Origin: Microbacteriaceae bacterium
Lineage (GTDB): Bacteria; Actinomycetota; Actinomycetes; Actinomycetales; Microbacteriaceae
Length of the DNA: 64,000 bases
Reading direction: 5' to 3'
Assembly: GCA_947453465.1 (NCBI GenBank)
Contig: CANGGL010000001.1
Coordinates: forward strand, 16,337-80,336
Both the position numbers and the translations under genes were made by a program. The notes under the pieces are model-generated. The model had not been told where the DNA came from and ran no database searches. It was given only the letters and a program-made list of their open reading frames with translations. Numbering within the stretch: position 1 is the first letter of the stretch; every line of letters begins with the position of its first letter. Positions 9,009-19,168 of this stretch are shown here, piece by piece.

Positions 9009-11326
9009 ATGCCACTGCAAGATTGCTGCTAAGGCAATTCACCGACCCGATTGTGCTGATTCTGTTTGCCGCCACCATTGTGTCGATGGCGGTTGGCGAT
9101 GTAACCGACGGCGTGATTATCTTGGCGATTATTGTGCCGAGCGGGTTGCTGAGTTTTTGGCAAGAGCATCGCGCCGGCGAAACCATGAAGGCCCTGATGG
9201 CGCGTGTGCAGGTGCACGTTGAGGTGATGCGCGGCGGGGTTGAGGTGACTGTGCCACTCGAAGAGATTGTGGTTGGCGACGAGGTTTTGCTGCGCGTTGG
9301 CGATGTGGTGCCGGGTGACATGAACATCACCGAATCATCGGGCTTGCAAATGGATGAGTCTGCGCTGACCGGAGAGAGTTTTGCGGCCGAGCGCGCCGTG
9401 GGTGAGCTGGCCAGGTTTGGCACTCACGTGGTTGCCGGCCAAGGCCGCGGCTTGGTCACCGCGATTGGGGCCGCCACCGAGTTTGGAGCCCTTGAGGCCT
9501 CACTTGCCGGCAAAGACATCAAGACCGCATTTGAAAAGGGCATGACCCGGTTTGGCCTGCTGCTGATGCGCGCCATGGTTTTCTTGCTGGTTGGTCTGTT
9601 GGTGGTGAACATCGCGCTGCATCGGCCGCTGCTTGAGAGCCTCTTGTTTTCGGTTGCCCTTGCCGTTGGTTTGACCCCGCAGCTGTTGCCGGCAATCATC
9701 GCGGTTTCACTCGCCGCCGGCGCCAAGATGATGGCCTCGAAGCAGGTGCTGGTGAAGCGCCTAGACGCCATCGAAGACTTTGGTGCAATGAATGTGCTCT
9801 GCACAGACAAGACCGGCACCATCACCGCGGGTGTGGTCAGTTTGGATGGAGCCATTGGTTTTGAACCTGGCGATTCGAGCTCGGGTGGGGTTTGGAGTCA
9901 ATCACCTCGAGTGTTGCGACTGGCTCATCTGAACGCCTCTCTGCAGCAGGGTTTCAAGAACCCGCTTGATGAGGCAATTGTTGGTGCCGCTGCCGTGAGT
10001 AAGCCCGGGGTAACCCAAGAACCCGGCATTGCCCGCGGTGAGATTGCCTATGACTTCGAGCGCAAGCGCCTATCGGTTTTGGTTGAAGCCGATGGTGTCA
10101 CCCAGTTGATCACCAAGGGTGCCTTCACCAGCGTGCTTGATGTTTGTTCGATTAGCGACAGCGATCGGGCCGCCGCCCAGGCCGAGTTTGAGCGGTTGAG
10201 CTCAGAGGGCAACCGAGTTTTGGCCATCGCAACCGGCACCGAGCTGAAAGAAGAAGGCCTGACCTTCGAGGGTTTGCTGGTCTTCTTAGACCCACCTAAG
10301 GCCGGCGCCGCAGAGGCCATTGCCGAGTTGGCCGGGTTGGGCATCGACCTATACCTGATCACCGGTGACAACCCCTTGGCGGCTAAAGCGATTGCCGGCA
10401 AGGTTGGCTTGCCCAACGAGAAGATTATGACCGGTGAGCAAATCAAGGCACTTGGTGAGGCTTCACTGATTCGGGCCATTGGCGGTTGCCGGGTGTTTGC
10501 CGAGGTTGAGCCGATTCAAAAAGAGCGCATCGTTGCGGCTCTGCGCGCAGCCGGCAACACCGTCGGTTATTTCGGTGACGGCATCAATGACTCGGCTGCC
10601 CTAAAGACCGCCGATGTTGGCATCTCGGTTGACACCGCGGTTGATGTGGCAAAGAACGCAGCGGCAATCGTGTTGCTCGCCAAAGACCTATCGGTGGTTG
10701 CCGAGGGTGTTCGCCTTGGCCGCAAGACCTTTGTGAACACCATGAAGTATGTGAGGGTGGGGGTTAGTGCAGCCTTTGGCAACATGCTGTCGATGGCTAT
10801 TGCCGCGGTTTTCTTGCCATTCTTGCCGCTACTGCCGGTGCAGATTTTGTTGCTCAACTTCATGACCGACTTCCCGGCGCTGGCAATCTCAAGCGACTCG
10901 GTTGACGATGAAGATGTTAAGAAACCGCACTCTTGGAACATCAAAAACATTCGCAACTTCATGCTGGTCTTCGGCCTGATTAGCTCGGCCTTCGACATCA
11001 TCACATTCTTGGTGCTGCGCCTCGGATTCAATGCCGGCGCCGAACTCTTCAGGTCTGGTTGGTTCGTCGAGTCAACGTTCACCGAGCTTGTGGTCATGCT
11101 CGTGCTGCGCACCCGCAAGAGCTTCTGGCGCTCGGCACCGGGTAAGGCCCTATGGATCTCATCTGCTGTGCTCGGCGCCCTGGTGATCGCGATTCCGTTC
11201 ACCTTCGTTGGCAAATTCCTGCAGCTCGCTCCCCTACCGTTGCCACTGCTGGCTGTGTTGGCCGGGCTGATTGCCGTTTATGTGGCCATCAACGAGTTGG
11301 CTAAAAGGCGCTGGCTTACTTCTTAG
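9005..11326 (+). CDS. mgtA: Mg2+-transporting P-type ATPase
   Basis: DESALTGES, AVGLTP, DKTGT, TGD, GDGIND, YDFERKR and QILLLNFMTD motifs. Confidence 0.85.
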   Translation: MNATARLLLRQFTDPIVLILFAATIVSMAVGDVTDGVIILAIIVPSGLLSFWQEHRAGETMKALMARVQVHVEVMRGGVEVTVPLEEIVVGDEVLLRVGDVVPGDMNITESSGLQMDESALTGESFAAERAVGELARFGTHVVAGQGRGLVTAIGAATEFGALEASLAGKDIKTAFEKGMTRFGLLLMRAMVFLLVGLLVVNIALHRPLLESLLFSVALAVGLTPQLLPAIIAVSLAAGAKMMASKQVLVKRLDAIEDFGAMNVLCTDKTGTITAGVVSLDGAIGFEPGDSSSGGVWSQSPRVLRLAHLNASLQQGFKNPLDEAIVGAAAVSKPGVTQEPGIARGEIAYDFERKRLSVLVEADGVTQLITKGAFTSVLDVCSISDSDRAAAQAEFERLSSEGNRVLAIATGTELKEEGLTFEGLLVFLDPPKAGAAEAIAELAGLGIDLYLITGDNPLAAKAIAGKVGLPNEKIMTGEQIKALGEASLIRAIGGCRVFAEVEPIQKERIVAALRAAGNTVGYFGDGINDSAALKTADVGISVDTAVDVAKNAAAIVLLAKDLSVVAEGVRLGRKTFVNTMKYVRVGVSAAFGNMLSMAIAAVFLPFLPLLPVQILLLNFMTDFPALAISSDSVDDEDVKKPHSWNIKNIRNFMLVFGLISSAFDIITFLVLRLGFNAGAELFRSGWFVESTFTELVVMLVLRTRKSFWRSAPGKALWISSAVLGALVIAIPFTFVGKFLQLAPLPLPLLAVLAGLIAVYVAINELAKRRWLTS

Positions 11327-12443
11327 TTGCGGTTGAGCTTGGGCTCGGGGTTGCCGAAGCCGAGGCACCGGCAACAATGGTCAACTTTCCCTCAGGGTCG
11401 GCCGGTTTCAGCTCAACCCAGGTGTTGCCCGGGGCCAGGTTGATTGCGCCACCAGATGCATCGGTCAAGATGATTCGAGCGGTTTGGTTGGCTTTAGACC
11501 AGAAGGCATCAACATACTTGCCGCCGGTGAAAACCCAAGCCTTTCCCTTGCCAATGAGCACAGCCTTTGGGATGTGACCATATTTTGGGTCGGCATAACT
11601 GCGGTCTTCTTTGACATCAAGCACCACAACGTTGGTGGCGTGCAACTGCTCTTTGCTGGCAGAGTCGGTGTCAACCTTGCCATCTTGAATGCGCAGCCAC
11701 TGGCTGGAATCTGCATTCGGAACCCACTCGGCCAGTGCGGCCGGGAAGGCCACCTTGATCTTGGCCACCGAGTTGCCCGAGGCGACCGCGGTTGAACCGG
11801 CCAGGGTGCCGGCAAAGTCGAAGCCCTGCTGAGGGGCCGCGATCTCTGGGTGGTTGGCAGCAAGCAACTTGACGTTGACCTGAACGTTGTGTGGGGCCTC
11901 GCGGGTGGTTAGGCGGCTGAAGGTGTGGTTGCCCTGCTCGCTGGTCTCGCTGGCGTTGAAGACGGCGGTGGCGCGCATCATGTTGACGAACTTGAGCTGG
12001 CCGCCCGAATAGCAAACGATGCCGCCGAACTGGCTAATGATGTCTGGGTCCATCGGGCGAATCGAACGCACCGGGGCAACGCCAACGGCCTTTGGGCCAA
12101 CATCGGTGGTGAGCAGCTGAGAGTGGAAGACCGCGACAAAGCGGGTCAGACCACCCTCAACCATCTCGTCAAAGACCATGTCGGTCTTGTTGAGGTTCTG
12201 CTGAGGTCTCGCTGCCTCACTGTTGTCAACCTTGCAAGCCACCGATGGCCCGGTGAGCCCGTTGGCCTCGGGTGTGCCCTGCTCATAATTGACGCCGGTT
12301 AGCGGGGCCGAGACAAAGACCTTCTCAGGTGTTGGTGTTGAGCTGCTGCCAGGCAGTGCAATGGTTCCGCCGGCGCAACCGGTTAGGGCAAGTGCGGTGA
12401 CGGAGGTTGAGGCGAGAACGAGAGCCAGGCGTGAAAACGTCAT
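11316..12443 (-). CDS. DUF3048 (YerB-like) lipoprotein
   Basis: Lipobox LTGC; KVDN-ARPQ, VEGGLTRF, PVRSIR, APHN, PGNTWV; start coupled by TAATG to the upstream gene. Confidence 0.85.
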   Translation of the reverse strand: MTFSRLALVLASTSVTALALTGCAGGTIALPGSSSTPTPEKVFVSAPLTGVNYEQGTPEANGLTGPSVACKVDNSEAARPQQNLNKTDMVFDEMVEGGLTRFVAVFHSQLLTTDVGPKAVGVAPVRSIRPMDPDIISQFGGIVCYSGGQLKFVNMMRATAVFNASETSEQGNHTFSRLTTREAPHNVQVNVKLLAANHPEIAAPQQGFDFAGTLAGSTAVASGNSVAKIKVAFPAALAEWVPNADSSQWLRIQDGKVDTDSASKEQLHATNVVVLDVKEDRSYADPKYGHIPKAVLIGKGKAWVFTGGKYVDAFWSKANQTARIILTDASGGAINLAPGNTWVELKPADPEGKLTIVAGASASATPSPSSTATKK

Positions 12444-12895
12444 TATTCGATGACCGCTTTTAGGACCTTTAGGCCGTCGGCGAAGTTCTTGGCCATCATC
12501 TTGTCGAAGACGAGTGCGCCCAGGATCTGCCCCTTGAGGTCGCGGTCGCCGGCCATTGACCAGGTAACGCGGGTGCCCTCGAACTCTGGCTCTAGGCAAT
12601 ATTCTGTGTTTGCAACTTCTGTCTTCTTGTTGAAGAAAGTCATGTTGGCACGGATGCAGTCTGGGCCCGAAGAGATAATCTCCATACGGCCCTTGCCGAT
12701 GCGCTTGCCAACATAGTCATAGGTGGCACCCGGGCCAAATGACTTTTCAGAAACCTTTGAGGTCACAGTCTTATCCATGGCCGAAAATGGCGACCAGTCT
12801 TCTAGGCGACCAAGGTCGTTGAGAACCTCGTGAACCTTTGCCGGGGTTGCCTCGATAAGAACGGATGCTTTGATTTCAAAAGGTTTGTTAGCCAT
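12443..12895 (-). CDS. SRPBCC/polyketide cyclase family protein
   Basis: IEATPAKV, WSPF, GTRVTW, GLKVLK pattern. Confidence 0.85.
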   Translation of the reverse strand: MANKPFEIKASVLIEATPAKVHEVLNDLGRLEDWSPFSAMDKTVTSKVSEKSFGPGATYDYVGKRIGKGRMEIISSGPDCIRANMTFFNKKTEVANTEYCLEPEFEGTRVTWSMAGDRDLKGQILGALVFDKMMAKNFADGLKVLKAVIE

Positions 12896-12913
12896 GCGTT
12901 AATCCTAAACTTG

Positions 12914-12953
12914 CGACGAAAAAACCCCGGCCACTGGGCCGAGGTTTTTGTCG
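12914..12953 (-). terminator. Intrinsic terminator after the giant surface protein gene
   Basis: AAAAACCCCGGCC-ACT-GGGCCGAGGTTTTT hairpin. Confidence 0.8.
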
Positions 12954-12966
12954 TTTGAACTAGGAG

Positions 12967-15900
12967 TTACCAGGTGGCCAGTGCGTCAACGCGTCGGGCG
13001 ATTGGGCCCTTCTGCGGGGCAACACCCATCGCCTTGGTCTTGAAGACGGCCTTCACGCCCAGCTTCAACAAGACTGCCTTCACCGCGGCCGCGCGGGCAG
13101 CTGAGAGCTTCTTGTCATAGCTGGTAACCGAGGTTGCCATCACGTAACCCTCAAGGGTCAAGGTTGCCTTCGAAGAACGCTTGTTCAACTGAGCAGCCAA
13201 CGCCTTCAACTGTGAGGCAGCAAGAGGCGTGATCACCGATGAGTCACCACCGAAAATAACCTTGGCCACAATTGGCTTAGCTGCCACGACCACGCCAATC
13301 GATGCGGTTCGAACAACGTTGCCCGGAGTGAAACCAGACACCTGGATGGTGTGATTACCCATGTTGAGGTTTGCCGGCACAGGTAGCTTGCCAATGAACT
13401 TTCCGTTGGCATCTGTCGGCAAGGTACCCAAGAAGATCGGGTCGGAGAAGACGTAAACCTTGACAGTTGAGTTTGGCTTGAAGCCAGTGCCCGAGGTGCT
13501 CGCGAACAAGCCCGGAGTCAACACGATCTGAGCGTCTGAGTTGAGCGGAGCATGTGCACCGGTCTCATCGGTGCCGTGCAAGGTTAGCGACCAGCCCGGC
13601 GCCTTCAGAGTCAAGCCATCTGAAATGTTGGTTGGCACAAGTACGGTCTTCACCGGCACATTGTTTTCAACCGTCACAGTTGCACCCGGCTTGACCGGCT
13701 CTGTTGGCTTAACCGGAGGCAAAGTGGTTGGCGCCGGAGTTGGCGTTGCACTTGCCGTTGGGTTCGGCGTCGGCGATGGTGTCACCGTTGGGGTCGGGGT
13801 CGGGTTCGACGGGGTTGGTGTAACCCTAGCAATGCGGAACGTGGTGGTGGTTGAACCCGAAGTCCAGTTGGTGGTTGCCGCCTGGTTTGCCGTCACGGTC
13901 ACCGTGCCCGCTGCCACGATGGTGATTGTGGTTCCACTAATCGAAGCCAGCGATGGGTTGCTAGATGTGTAGGTGAATCCGCCATTACTGTTCGAGGTCG
14001 GTGGCGTGATTGTCACCGGCGATGCACCCTCAATTTGATCATTGATGATCAATGGGCCAATTGTTGGGTTTCCCGGGGCAATGTTGAAAATTGCAGTCAC
14101 TGATGAGGCTGCATAGATGCCCGAAGCCGCTTGGTTTGCAGTCACCTGGATTCCAGTGCCGGCTCCTAACAAGGTCATCTGGTCGCCTGAAATGCTAATC
14201 AAGCTCGAGCTAGAACTGTAGGTTATTGCTCCAGAACTTGGGCCGCTCGCGGCGAGGGTCACCACCGGGTCACCGAAAGCGTAGTTTGAAATCGACAAAG
14301 AAAGTGAGTTGGAAGCCGCCGAAATGGTGAAGGTCGCGGTAGTCGTCGCAGCCGTGTAGACGCTGTCCGCAGCCTGGTTGACCGTAACGGTTACAGTGCC
14401 AGGGTTCACCAAAGTCATGGTGTTTCCAGAAATCACTACCAGCGACGAAGACGTTGAATATGTGAAGGCACCAGAACCTACGCTGTGAGCCGTGAGTGTC
14501 ACCGGCGCATTGCCCAACATCTGGTTTGCGATGGCAAAGCTGATGACAGGAGTTGCCGAAACATTGAGAGTCACCGTGAGCGTCTGTGAGTTGCCCGTAG
14601 CGTTAGTGGCACTAATAGTGAAAACCAAACCGGTTACGTTGGCAGTCGCGGCTCCAGTTAGCTGACAGCGGTTATCAAAAAGCAGGCCAGCTGGCAAGCT
14701 GCCACCACTAGGGCTGGTAACCGTACAGAAAAATTGGTCCGCTTCTGAGCCGGTGTTCACGATCGCGTATGGAAGTGTCGTGATTAATTCATTCACCGCG
14801 AGGTTCACAATCGCCGTTGAGTTGGTGACCGTTGTCTGAGAAGTCGGTGAGCCAAACGATAGATTCGGAGCCGATGCAGCCAAAACCTGGAAGGAGAAGG
14901 TCGCATTTGCAGTTCCATATGCATTGGTCACAACAAGTTTGTAGTTTGTCGCGTTGACAGCGGTTCCAGTAACAACTCCACCATTCAAGCTGGCGTCTGT
15001 CGGGTCGAAGACCAAACCGGCTAGCCCATCGGCCGAAATATCTACGGGTGTCGATGCCGTTGTCCAGAGAGAGAACGTTCCCTGGTCACCAGTGGTCGTC
15101 ACTGTGTAGGCGTTCACTGGAATCAACTGGCCGTCTCGAACGACAACTGGAGTTGAAACAGTAATGGTCGGGGCCGCATGGATGGCAATGGAAAGCGAAC
15201 CGGTCGCAGACACCCATGTGGAGTTACCACTTTGAGTGGCAGTCAATAGACATGTTCCATAGCCAACAGCGCGCAGTTTTCCACTAACAATCGCACAAAC
15301 GGAAGAAGGACCCGCAGTGTAGTTGGAGATGGCCAAACCGCTGGTCGCTGAACCATTCAAGGTTTGATCCGCGGTCACACCTACCGTCATTGCTGTCAGA
15401 CCAGTCGAAGCCGTCACTACCTGTTCTTTTGCCAACACCGTGAGCGTAAAGGTTGCGGTAGCCCTTAGACCAGTTGGCCCTGTGGCTGTAATCGTATAGA
15501 CCGTGGCTGCCTGAGCTGCAGTTGGCCGACCGGATGCGAACACACCGTAAGTTGAGTTGAATATGACGCCAGCCGGGACAGCAGGTGAGACGCTAAACGA
15601 GCTGATTGCACCGCCCGTGTTAATCACGTCGTAAGGCAGGGTGAAGTCAGTGCCAACAAGTATTGTTGCTGAGCTGTTGGTTAGCGAAATACTTGGCGCC
15701 AGCGGGGTGGCCGAGACCTGGAAAGTGTGCGTGATCGGCGTTGCGGCCGCGTAAGAAAGACCGTCGCCCGGCTGAGATGCGGTTATAGAACAGGTGCCAA
15801 CCGAAACCGCGTGAACTTTGCCATCTGAGGTCACGGTACAGATTGCTGTGTCTGCACTTGTGTAAGTGATTTGCAAACCCGAGCTGGTCATGCCGCTAAG

Positions 15901-18900
15901 GCCTTGATTTGCGTCGACCAGGACCATCGCGTGTAAAGGGTCAAAGGTTAGAGTCTGCGGCATCGCGTTAATGGTGATCCAAATGTCCACGGTTCTAGAG
16001 CCAGCCGCGTTAGATGCCTTTATCTTGTAGGCGGTGCGCGCTTGGGCTAGCTCGGGCGAGCCCGAAAGCACACCCGTTGCAGTATCCAAGGTCAAACCAT
16101 CTGGCTCAGCGATTGGGGTGTCAGTACCGTCTCCTGAAAGGAACTGGAAACTCGTTGCGGTTCCACCATCAAAGAGCAGTGGAAAGATCGAGCCAGTTGA
16201 GGTAAAGACAGTCAAAGTTGCTTCTGCAGAACCAGCGAGGGTGATAATCGGAGCCTGTAGCCCGGCTGTCACAACGAAGGAGCGCGAAAGGCTCGAGCCA
16301 GAAGCCGCAGTCGCTGCAGCCCACTCCGCGTTACCCGACTCCGAGGCGGAAATAGAGCAGGTTCCCGCTGCATCTGCTGTAACGGTGCTGCCTGAAATCG
16401 AACAAATAGTAGGGGTTGACGTAGCAAAGACTACATTTCGACCACTCGTCGCAGAGGCTACAAGAGCCTGAGTTTCACCGACCGATTTTGAATGCAAGCT
16501 TGCAAAGGTAATCGTCTGAGGGCGTTGGTTCACAGTCAAAGTGAAGGTCATTAAAGTCGGGGACGCAGTCACTAGGTTCACGTAAGTGATTGTGTAGGTC
16601 GTGAGTGGTGACGCAACGGTAGGTGAACCCAAAATTTGACACTCTGTCGAGGAGAAAGTTAGTCCTGTCGGCAATGATGGGCTAACGGAACAGGATGTCC
16701 AAGCAGCACCTGGAGCGACCGATGTGCCGGTAAATGCAACTGTGAATGGACGGTCAAGGTTGTCATTTACATACTTAACCAAGCTAGTTGGGCTGATGCT
16801 CGCAACACCTGGGCCGCTGGCTGGCGTAGTTCCGCTTCGGTCGACAATCACCTTAATCGAAACGGTAGTGGCAGCCGAGAAAGAGGAGTTTCCTGCCTGG
16901 CTTGCGTAAATTGTGCAACTTGAGTTACCTGCAGTTGAGTTATAGACGTAAGTTATGTAAACGGCCCCACCATAAACATAAATGGTGCAGCGAGACTTTG
17001 AGTCTTGAACTTTGGTGCCGTTTGCCTGGCTCGAAGTCACCTTGGTGCCCGAGGTAGAGAGAGCGTAGCTAATCGGCAAGCCACTGGTGGAATAAGCGGC
17101 TAGTGGCGCCATGCCTGAATTGGTAGATGGCAGCGATGAAATTTTGTTGATGGTTCCAACCGCGGGAAAAGTGATTGTCTGAGGTTGGATGGCCGCATTT
17201 GAAACGGTCAAAGTGAATGTAACGGAGCCGGTGTTGTTGTTTGCTGCTTTACCGGTCAGCGTAATTGATACAGTGCCGGTCGTTGTAGGAGTTCCGGTGA
17301 ACATACCAGTTGCTGTGCTAAAAGTTAGGCCGCCCAAGATAGTCGACTGGCCTGCACCTGTGCCGGCCGCCGACGGAGTTGCCGTGTAGCCCTGAGTGAC
17401 GGTGCTACCCGTGTTTGTGATTGAGTAAATGCCCGAAGAATATGAAACGCCCTTGGTGATGGTTACGTTTGGCACCGAGAGAATTGGCTGGTCGAGAACG
17501 CTGGGTCCAGAGTCTGCTGTTCCCGCAGAGTTAACTGCAGTAACGACAACCGTGTAAAGAGTGCTTGCTGAAACTGGGAAAGTGCAGCGAAGTGGTGAAA
17601 CAGTGCAGGTGCCAGCAATTGGAGTGCCGCCGCCAACCGGAGTAGCCAAAGCGGTGTAACTGGTTGGAGTGCCTCCCGAAGTCGGCGCAGTGAAAGTTGC
17701 CGTTAAGGTGGTTGTCCCGTTGCCAGTGACGGTTGGAACGCCCGGTGAGCCTGGTGGCAAGGTTGCTGCACCCAGGCTGACCGCAATGTTGATAGAGCTG
17801 CCCAACGGGAAGTTGGGGAAGTTATCCATGACTGTTACCTGAATAAGGTAGACGCCATCAGGAGTACCGGTTGGAGGGGTAATTGTCAGAGTATTGGTCA
17901 CTCCGTTGGTGCCTGGTGCGCCAGAAAGCACGGCCCAGGTTGGGTTGGCGCTCTTTGAGAACGACAGAATCTGAGTTGTGTCAGCATCGAGACCGGTCAA
18001 AGTCACCGTCTGAGCGGTTGGGGCGTTCGTGACCGCAGTTGCAAAGGTGACGTTGGTGGTACTCGCTGAAATCGTTGGAGTGGCGTTAGCCAATGGAGTT
18101 GCCACCGAGCCAGCGAATGCAAGCAAAACATCGCGAGTTACATACTGACCATAGGTAGCAGCTCCGACCTTTGTGTCGGTGGCCCTGGTTTTTAGAGCCC
18201 AGAAGATCGGTGCCGTGGCAGTGCCGCCACCGAATGAAGTTGCGTAGTTCTCGCCAGATAGGCAAAGCGCCTTACCGAGGCGGAAAATACCGGTTGAAAG
18301 ATTTAGATCCGAACACGGGATGCGCGTGGCACCATAGCCGCCGTTGGCAGCTGCCTGGTCGGTAATCAAAGAGTAAGTAACTGAGCGACCGTCGGCGGTT
18401 AGACCGTTGAGGTTGGTTTCGAAGATTGCCGTCTCGTCATACTTGATGTCTGTCATGTAGCCGGCGTTGTAATAAGGGGTGACACTGGTGGTCTGGCCAC
18501 CGGCAAGGGTGAAGTTGACGCGAGCCTCAAACTGAATCACCTGGTTGGTGGTGTTCTTGATGCCACCGATTCGGTTGTTACCGGTTTGCGCAAAAACGTA
18601 GTCGAAGGCCGGGTTGAAAGCCGGGCATGAAACATCGACCACATAGGTGGTGCTGAAGATGTTGTAAAGCGGCTCTGAAGTGTCGTCGTAGCTTTGCGAT
18701 GCCGGGGTGGTTGCCTGACCCGTGCACTTAGTGATTGTTGCCACAGTGGCACCGGTGGTGTGGTTGACCTGGGTGATGGTTGGGAAAGCGAAGTAGGTAC
18801 ACATCGTGTTGGTAAGGCTGTAGGCGCTGCGCACGCAGGCATCCTTGCGCTCGACCATGGTCGACTTCACGGTGACTGTCTTTGCGACCGAGTCGTAAGT

Positions 18901-19014
18901 GACTGTACCGACCGCACCTCGAAGGTGAGTGGCCTGGGCCGGCGTGACGCCAACCGCAACCATTACTAACGCTGCCAGAATGGCCAGGTACTTTGATGGC
19001 TTAAAGATGTTCAC
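12967..19014 (-). CDS. Giant secreted surface protein with FN3 and putative Ig repeats, PT linker and C-terminal OmpA-like domain
   Basis: Signal peptide; repeated LPxGLxF..G..SGTP and QTITF..SGL..C..GTC..TA.Q.G units; TPTP linker; LSAARAAAVK...RRV. Confidence 0.85.
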   Translation of the reverse strand: MNIFKPSKYLAILAALVMVAVGVTPAQATHLRGAVGTVTYDSVAKTVTVKSTMVERKDACVRSAYSLTNTMCTYFAFPTITQVNHTTGATVATITKCTGQATTPASQSYDDTSEPLYNIFSTTYVVDVSCPAFNPAFDYVFAQTGNNRIGGIKNTTNQVIQFEARVNFTLAGGQTTSVTPYYNAGYMTDIKYDETAIFETNLNGLTADGRSVTYSLITDQAAANGGYGATRIPCSDLNLSTGIFRLGKALCLSGENYATSFGGGTATAPIFWALKTRATDTKVGAATYGQYVTRDVLLAFAGSVATPLANATPTISASTTNVTFATAVTNAPTAQTVTLTGLDADTTQILSFSKSANPTWAVLSGAPGTNGVTNTLTITPPTGTPDGVYLIQVTVMDNFPNFPLGSSINIAVSLGAATLPPGSPGVPTVTGNGTTTLTATFTAPTSGGTPTSYTALATPVGGGTPIAGTCTVSPLRCTFPVSASTLYTVVVTAVNSAGTADSGPSVLDQPILSVPNVTITKGVSYSSGIYSITNTGSTVTQGYTATPSAAGTGAGQSTILGGLTFSTATGMFTGTPTTTGTVSITLTGKAANNNTGSVTFTLTVSNAAIQPQTITFPAVGTINKISSLPSTNSGMAPLAAYSTSGLPISYALSTSGTKVTSSQANGTKVQDSKSRCTIYVYGGAVYITYVYNSTAGNSSCTIYASQAGNSSFSAATTVSIKVIVDRSGTTPASGPGVASISPTSLVKYVNDNLDRPFTVAFTGTSVAPGAAWTSCSVSPSLPTGLTFSSTECQILGSPTVASPLTTYTITYVNLVTASPTLMTFTLTVNQRPQTITFASLHSKSVGETQALVASATSGRNVVFATSTPTICSISGSTVTADAAGTCSISASESGNAEWAAATAASGSSLSRSFVVTAGLQAPIITLAGSAEATLTVFTSTGSIFPLLFDGGTATSFQFLSGDGTDTPIAEPDGLTLDTATGVLSGSPELAQARTAYKIKASNAAGSRTVDIWITINAMPQTLTFDPLHAMVLVDANQGLSGMTSSGLQITYTSADTAICTVTSDGKVHAVSVGTCSITASQPGDGLSYAAATPITHTFQVSATPLAPSISLTNSSATILVGTDFTLPYDVINTGGAISSFSVSPAVPAGVIFNSTYGVFASGRPTAAQAATVYTITATGPTGLRATATFTLTVLAKEQVVTASTGLTAMTVGVTADQTLNGSATSGLAISNYTAGPSSVCAIVSGKLRAVGYGTCLLTATQSGNSTWVSATGSLSIAIHAAPTITVSTPVVVRDGQLIPVNAYTVTTTGDQGTFSLWTTASTPVDISADGLAGLVFDPTDASLNGGVVTGTAVNATNYKLVVTNAYGTANATFSFQVLAASAPNLSFGSPTSQTTVTNSTAIVNLAVNELITTLPYAIVNTGSEADQFFCTVTSPSGGSLPAGLLFDNRCQLTGAATANVTGLVFTISATNATGNSQTLTVTLNVSATPVISFAIANQMLGNAPVTLTAHSVGSGAFTYSTSSSLVVISGNTMTLVNPGTVTVTVNQAADSVYTAATTTATFTISAASNSLSLSISNYAFGDPVVTLAASGPSSGAITYSSSSSLISISGDQMTLLGAGTGIQVTANQAASGIYAASSVTAIFNIAPGNPTIGPLIINDQIEGASPVTITPPTSNSNGGFTYTSSNPSLASISGTTITIVAAGTVTVTANQAATTNWTSGSTTTTFRIARVTPTPSNPTPTPTVTPSPTPNPTASATPTPAPTTLPPVKPTEPVKPGATVTVENNVPVKTVLVPTNISDGLTLKAPGWSLTLHGTDETGAHAPLNSDAQIVLTPGLFASTSGTGFKPNSTVKVYVFSDPIFLGTLPTDANGKFIGKLPVPANLNMGNHTIQVSGFTPGNVVRTASIGVVVAAKPIVAKVIFGGDSSVITPLAASQLKALAAQLNKRSSKATLTLEGYVMATSVTSYDKKLSAARAAAVKAVLLKLGVKAVFKTKAMGVAPQKGPIARRVDALATW

Positions 19015-19078
19015 AATTAACCTATTTTCAACAAGGACTCCTTGTTAAACATACGTGATTGCGAACTTTCCGGGCTAT

Positions 19079-19135
19079 TTTCTGGGGTTAGCCCCAGAAA
19101 CAGAAAACCCCCGGCCTGTTGACCGGGGGTTTTCT
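19079..19135 (-). terminator. Tandem hairpins / terminator after the GH13 gene
   Basis: AGAAAACCCCCGG...CCGGGGGTTTTCT (19102-19135) plus TTTCTGGGG-TTAG-CCCCAGAAA (19079-19100). Confidence 0.8.
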
Positions 19136-19168
19136 ATGTTGAAACTTGGGCTTGCTGCGGATTCTGGG

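Noticed and set aside
11316-12599. 427-aa extended version of the DUF3048 ORF
   Set aside because: The extension overlaps the SRPBCC gene; the signal peptide starts at the coupled ATG at 12443.
13541-13972. Val/Gly-rich plus-strand ORF and similar antisense ORFs throughout the window
   Set aside because: These are shadows of codon-biased genes on the opposite strand (here the PT linker).
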